Positions 59,957-64,000 of a DNA stretch of 64,000 nucleotides are shown here, piece after piece. Source of the DNA: Alphaproteobacteria bacterium (GTDB lineage: Bacteria; Pseudomonadota; Alphaproteobacteria; Rickettsiales; UBA3002); NCBI GenBank assembly GCA_033763655.1, contig JANRKD010000012.1, forward strand, positions 26,606 through 90,605, in the 5' to 3' direction. The number at the start of each line of letters is the position of its first letter. The stretch's first letter is position 1. Below the pieces are notes generated by a model. It worked only from the letters and a program-made list of their open reading frames with translations, had not been told where the DNA came from and did no database searches. The translations under genes and the position numbers were made by a program.

Positions 59957-61140
59957 GCAGGATTGATGATCTGATCGCCGAGCATTGCCCGAATGGTGTG
60001 ACCTTCAAAGAGCTAGGCAAGGTTTGCAAAATTAAAACAGGCGAAGCTGTAAGCAAACAACTAATTGTTTCAAAACCCGGTCAATATCCTGTAATCAACA
60101 GTGGACGAGAGCCATTGGGGTTCATTGATCAATGGAACACAGAAAATGATCCTATAGGCATTACTAGTCGAGGCGCTGGCGTTGGCTCTATCACATGGTG
60201 TGAGGGAAGATATTACAGGGGTAATCTCAATTATTCTTGTACCATAATTGATGAAGCCATGCTTTCAGTTCGGTTTCTGTTTTATCTGCTGAATGACATA
60301 CAAGATAAAATCCAATCCCTGTGTACCTACGATGGCATCCCCGCCCTGAATAAAGGCAATCTTGAGAAGCTGGAAATTCCTGTTCCACCGCCTCAAATAC
60401 AGAAAGAAATTGTTGACATCCTCGATGCGTTTACCAAGCTGGAAGCAGAGCTGGAAGCAGAGCTGGAAGCACGTCGTCAGCAATATGCGTATTATCGCAA
60501 CTCCCTCCTTTCATTCAATGAGATCGGCAGAAACGTAGAGAGAGAGAGAGAGAGCCGTTTCGTCCAATGGCGATCACTCGGAGAAATAGCTATGTATTCC
60601 GATACGCGCATTGATGCCGCCGCTTTAGATCATCACACCTATGTTGGTGTCGATAATCTATTGCAAAATCGTGCTGGCAAAACCATATCGAATTATGTTC
60701 CAGAATCTGGAAGATTAACGCATTATAAAGCCGATGATATTCTGCTAGGTAATATTCGGCCTTATCTAAAGAAAATCTGGCACTCGGATAATCAAGGCGG
60801 AACTAATGGCGATGTTCTAGTAATCCGTATAAAGCCTGAAGAAAAAGAGAATGTTCTGCCACGCTATCTTTATCAAGTTTTGGCTGATGATAACTTCTTC
60901 CATTATGCAGTGAAAACATCCAAGGGCGCGAAAATGCCTCGCGGTAACAAGCAACTTATAATGAAATACGAAATCCCCGTACCATCTCCTGAAGAACAAG
61001 AACAAATCGTTGCTATTCTCGATAAATTCGATGCGCTGGTGAATGATATTTCCAGCGGATTGCCTGCCGAAATTTCCGCTCGCCGTCAGCAATATGAACA
61101 TTACCGCAATCAGCTTCTGACATTCCAAGAGGCTGCTTAA
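59953..61140 (+). CDS. hsdS: Type I restriction-modification specificity subunit HsdS (type IC-like central repeat)
   Basis: 395 aa. Two target-recognition domains are separated by the conserved helix ILDAFTKLEAELEAELEARRQQYAYYRN. The C-terminal twin is ILDKFDALVNDISSGLPAEISARRQQYEHYRNQLL. Confidence 0.88.
   Translation: MSRIDDLIAEHCPNGVTFKELGKVCKIKTGEAVSKQLIVSKPGQYPVINSGREPLGFIDQWNTENDPIGITSRGAGVGSITWCEGRYYRGNLNYSCTIIDEAMLSVRFLFYLLNDIQDKIQSLCTYDGIPALNKGNLEKLEIPVPPPQIQKEIVDILDAFTKLEAELEAELEARRQQYAYYRNSLLSFNEIGRNVERERESRFVQWRSLGEIAMYSDTRIDAAALDHHTYVGVDNLLQNRAGKTISNYVPESGRLTHYKADDILLGNIRPYLKKIWHSDNQGGTNGDVLVIRIKPEEKENVLPRYLYQVLADDNFFHYAVKTSKGAKMPRGNKQLIMKYEIPVPSPEEQEQIVAILDKFDALVNDISSGLPAEISARRQQYEHYRNQLLTFQEAA
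60439..60471 (+). repeat. 12-bp tandem repeat (ctggaagcagag x2.75) encoding LEAE repeats in the hsdS central region
   Basis: Read directly; in frame. Confidence 0.8.
60537..60554 (+). repeat. (AG)9 dinucleotide microsatellite inside hsdS
   Basis: Read directly: agagagagagagagagag, encoding ERERE at the start of the second target-recognition domain. Confidence 0.85.
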
Positions 61141-62636
61141 TGCCAAATAGCCCTCTATACAGCTTGATCATGCACGGAAACCCAGAATTCTGGTCTGGCA
61201 ACGAGGGGTATGTTGACTTCCCAAGGGATAGGTTTCTTGAATACACAGATGATCACCTCAAAAATGAATTTCAGGCATTAGATCAGAATGTGGTCAATAG
61301 GCTCAAAACATTGCCAACATTATTCGCAGTAGAGCATGAAAATGCTGATACCAGAGTTGGAAAAGTAACTGATATTGAAGTTCAGCCAAGAAACTTGCGT
61401 GTTTATTATCAATTCAATGACAAGCAAAACCAACTCACTAAGGGAACATTAGAGGCACAAGAGTTGAGGCTAGACGCCGATAAGTATGAGTTTTACAGAA
61501 CCCATTGGGCACTCAAAGAAGCCAATTTGAACGATTTTCTGAAAGAGCGATCAAAAACCTTAGAAGGCATATTCGATAAAATAAAACAGGAATTGGATAC
61601 ACCGAATCCTGAAAAACCAGATCATACTAAGTTGATGGTTTTATATGCTACCAATTCTTCGGGGAAAACCAGAATTTCTAAGCGATTTGCTGATCAATAT
61701 GATGAGCAGGTGCTGTACTATAACGCTTTTACCGAAGATTTATTCAGCTGGGATAACGAAAATTATATTCTAAAAATTGATAATCGGGCTTGGATTTTTA
61801 GGTTCATCGAAGAACAGGGGCTTGATCGTCAAATCATAGATAGGTTTCAGGAATTCACGGGATCAAAATTAGAGCCTTTCTTTGAAATTCCAGAGGAAAG
61901 AATCACTTTTCGCATTCGCAAGGGTGATGATGGGAGTACAGAAAACATTAAAATTTCCAGAGGCGAAGAGAGCGTTTTTATCTGGTCTGTCTTCTACGCT
62001 ATTTTAGACGTTGGAATTGATGCTTTGAATGCCAAGGCAGAAGATAGGTCAACTCCTGACTTCGACAACATCCAGTATATTGTGATTGATGATCCGGTTT
62101 CCTCAATGGATGACACGCGGATTATTACCGTAGCTCTTGAGCTGGCAAAGCTGATCAAAAAATCAAAGAATCAGCTGAAATTTTTGATCACCACCCACCA
62201 TGCACTATTTTTTAACGTGCTGTTTAATGTGCGCGGCAAGAACTGGGATAGGAAAAACTACATTCTCTCAAAATCCGGAGCAGAGTTTATTCTGAAAGGC
62301 CAAGGCAGCGAATCACCCTTTGCGTATCATCATGTTGCCATGGCGGACATCGAAAAAGCAATTAAAGACAAAGACATCAAGAAATATCACTTCAACATCT
62401 TCCGCGCCCTTTTGGAGAAAACAGCCAATTTCTTGGGGTATGATAGTTGGAAGATGTGCCTGACAGGTAGTGGACATAGTGACGCGTTTGCCAAAATCAT
62501 CGACCATTACAGCCATGATCGGCTATCGGATTTGGAATATCGCGACATAACAAACGATGAGAAAGTGGAGTTTGTTGAAGCCTTCAACTTTTTCACGGAC
62601 AAGTATTTTAAGCAGGAAGTAATAACAAATGGCTAA
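61140..62636 (+). CDS. PrrC-like anticodon-nuclease/ABC-type ATPase homologue with an extra N-terminal domain
   Basis: 498 aa between hsdS and hsdR. Walker A LYATNSSGKT, signature-like ISRGEES, Walker B YIVIDDPVSSMDD, and TTHH. The C-terminal FRALLE...IIDHYSHD resembles the PrrC nuclease triad region (R..LE ... SH). Residues 1 to about 165 have no recognised homology. Confidence 0.6.
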   Translation: MPNSPLYSLIMHGNPEFWSGNEGYVDFPRDRFLEYTDDHLKNEFQALDQNVVNRLKTLPTLFAVEHENADTRVGKVTDIEVQPRNLRVYYQFNDKQNQLTKGTLEAQELRLDADKYEFYRTHWALKEANLNDFLKERSKTLEGIFDKIKQELDTPNPEKPDHTKLMVLYATNSSGKTRISKRFADQYDEQVLYYNAFTEDLFSWDNENYILKIDNRAWIFRFIEEQGLDRQIIDRFQEFTGSKLEPFFEIPEERITFRIRKGDDGSTENIKISRGEESVFIWSVFYAILDVGIDALNAKAEDRSTPDFDNIQYIVIDDPVSSMDDTRIITVALELAKLIKKSKNQLKFLITTHHALFFNVLFNVRGKNWDRKNYILSKSGAEFILKGQGSESPFAYHHVAMADIEKAIKDKDIKKYHFNIFRALLEKTANFLGYDSWKMCLTGSGHSDAFAKIIDHYSHDRLSDLEYRDITNDEKVEFVEAFNFFTDKYFKQEVITNG

Positions 62637-64000
62637 CACATCCTACAACACCATCGCCGAGAATCCGAATAGCACCGTAGTTGCCGAATATGTGCCGGAT
62701 AAAAAGGATGCAACACATTACCAGTCTGAAAACGAGCTGGAGCTGGAGTTCATTCGCCTGCTACGAAACAACGGCTATGAATATCTGACGATCAAAAGCG
62801 ATAGCGACCTTATCCAGAACCTGCGTGCGCAGCTTTCAAAACTCAATGATATGGTGTTTTCAGAAGCCGAATGGCAGCAGATGCTGACGCACTATCTAGC
62901 CAACAAAAACGAAGGCATTGAAGAAAAAACCACCAAGGTTCAGGAAGATCACATCTTCAACCTCAAGCGTGATGACGGCACTACCAAGAATGTGCGGATT
63001 CTGGACAAAGATAACATCCACAATAACTTTGTGCAGGTGATCAACCAATATGAAACTGAAGGCGCACGCAAAAACCGCTATGATGTGACGGTACTCGTCA
63101 ACGGCCTGCCGATGGTGCATGTGGAATTGAAGCGGCGTGGTGTTGCTATTCGGGAGGCATTCAACCAGATCAATCGTTATCAGCGTGATAGCTTCTGGGC
63201 TGATAGCGGTCTTTTTGAGTATGTACAGCTGTTCGTTATTTCCAACGGCACACATACAAAATACTATTCCAACACCACACGCAGCGCCCACATTAAGGAA
63301 CAGCAAGGCAAATCATCACGCAAGAAAACCAGCAACAGCTTTGAATTCACCTGCTGGTGGACAGATGCACAGAATAAGCGCATTGCCGATCTTGTCGATT
63401 TCTCCAAAACTTTTTTTTCTAAGCATTCCCTGCTTTCGATCCTGACGCGCTATTGCGTATTCACGACGGATAAATTGCTTCTGGTCATGCGCCCATACCA
63501 GATTGCAGCGGCAGAGCGCATTATGAACCGCATTGCTATGTCCACCAACCACAAGCAGCTCGGTACTTTGGAAGCTGGCGGATATATCTGGCACACCACA
63601 GGCAGCGGCAAAACGCTGACCAGCTTCAAGACGGCGCAACTCGCCACCCGCCTTGAGGGTATGGACAAGGTGCTTTTCGTCGTTGATAGAAAAGACCTCG
63701 ATTACCAAACGATGAAGGAATACGACAAGTTCCAAAAGGGTTCTGCCAATTCCAACACCAGCACAGCTATATTGACGAAGCAGCTTTCCGACCCGAATGC
63801 CAAAATCATCATCACCACCATTCAGAAGCTGGCCAAATTTATCTCTGCCAATAAGGGGCATAGTGTTTTTGATGGTCATGTCGTTTTGATTTTTGATGAG
63901 TGTCACCGTTCCCAGTTTGGTGAGATGCACACGGCAATCACCAAAGCCTTCAAGAACTATCATATTTTTGGTTTTACCGGCACGCCGATCTTTGGAGAGA
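62629..64000 (+). CDS. hsdR: Type I restriction endonuclease subunit HsdR (5' partial, continues past the window)
   Basis: Open frame from ATG 62629 (MANTSYNTIAENPN...), absent from the ORF track because it runs off the end. Contains NRYDVTVLVNGLPMVHVELKRRG (nuclease domain), the helicase Walker A motif (HTTGSGKT), and the DEAH box as FDECHRSQ. Confidence 0.9.
   Translation, partial: MANTSYNTIAENPNSTVVAEYVPDKKDATHYQSENELELEFIRLLRNNGYEYLTIKSDSDLIQNLRAQLSKLNDMVFSEAEWQQMLTHYLANKNEGIEEKTTKVQEDHIFNLKRDDGTTKNVRILDKDNIHNNFVQVINQYETEGARKNRYDVTVLVNGLPMVHVELKRRGVAIREAFNQINRYQRDSFWADSGLFEYVQLFVISNGTHTKYYSNTTRSAHIKEQQGKSSRKKTSNSFEFTCWWTDAQNKRIADLVDFSKTFFSKHSLLSILTRYCVFTTDKLLLVMRPYQIAAAERIMNRIAMSTNHKQLGTLEAGGYIWHTTGSGKTLTSFKTAQLATRLEGMDKVLFVVDRKDLDYQTMKEYDKFQKGSANSNTSTAILTKQLSDPNAKIIITTIQKLAKFISANKGHSVFDGHVVLIFDECHRSQFGEMHTAITKAFKNYHIFGFTGTPIFGE

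Overview
The window is a G+C-rich alphaproteobacterial chromosome segment (judged by eye, not computed). The taxon call rests on a class I LysRS, CtrA, ChpT and the fliI/fliJ/che genes. Positions 1-51 kb are densely packed core genes. They cover aromatic amino-acid and histidine genes (chorismate mutase, hisC, prephenate dehydrogenase), rfbCD, an exbB-exbD-exbD-tonB cluster, tRNA-Gly and ubiquinone and rRNA-modification enzymes. They also include an OmpR/HK pair, lysK, argH-lysA, hpt, ftsE/ftsX, grpE, rph-rdgB, a DsbD-like redox pair and pdxH. A motility and cell-cycle block follows: fliI-fliJ, ctrA, cheR-cheB-cheY-cheW-cheA(REC), chpT. After it come gmhA, rpe and rsmB. A family of short palindromic repeats is scattered through the core, and one copy appears to sit in frame inside lysK. 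At tRNA-Ala(TGC) (51103-51178) the composition drops visibly, and a genomic island runs to the window end. The island carries a large serine recombinase whose ORF reads into the tRNA, and a phage-type replication-initiator-like gene. It also carries an S24 repressor-like gene, an unknown gene coupled to umuDC, and an AT-richer, translationally coupled operon HTH-hsdM-hsdS-X-hsdR. X is a PrrC-like anticodon-nuclease/ABC-type ATPase homologue with an extra, unrecognised N-terminal domain. I rate X as the best candidate for an undescribed defence variant. hsdS carries two slippage-prone repeats. No rRNA genes, CRISPR arrays or IS transposases were seen. All family assignments come from motif recognition by eye, with no searches run.
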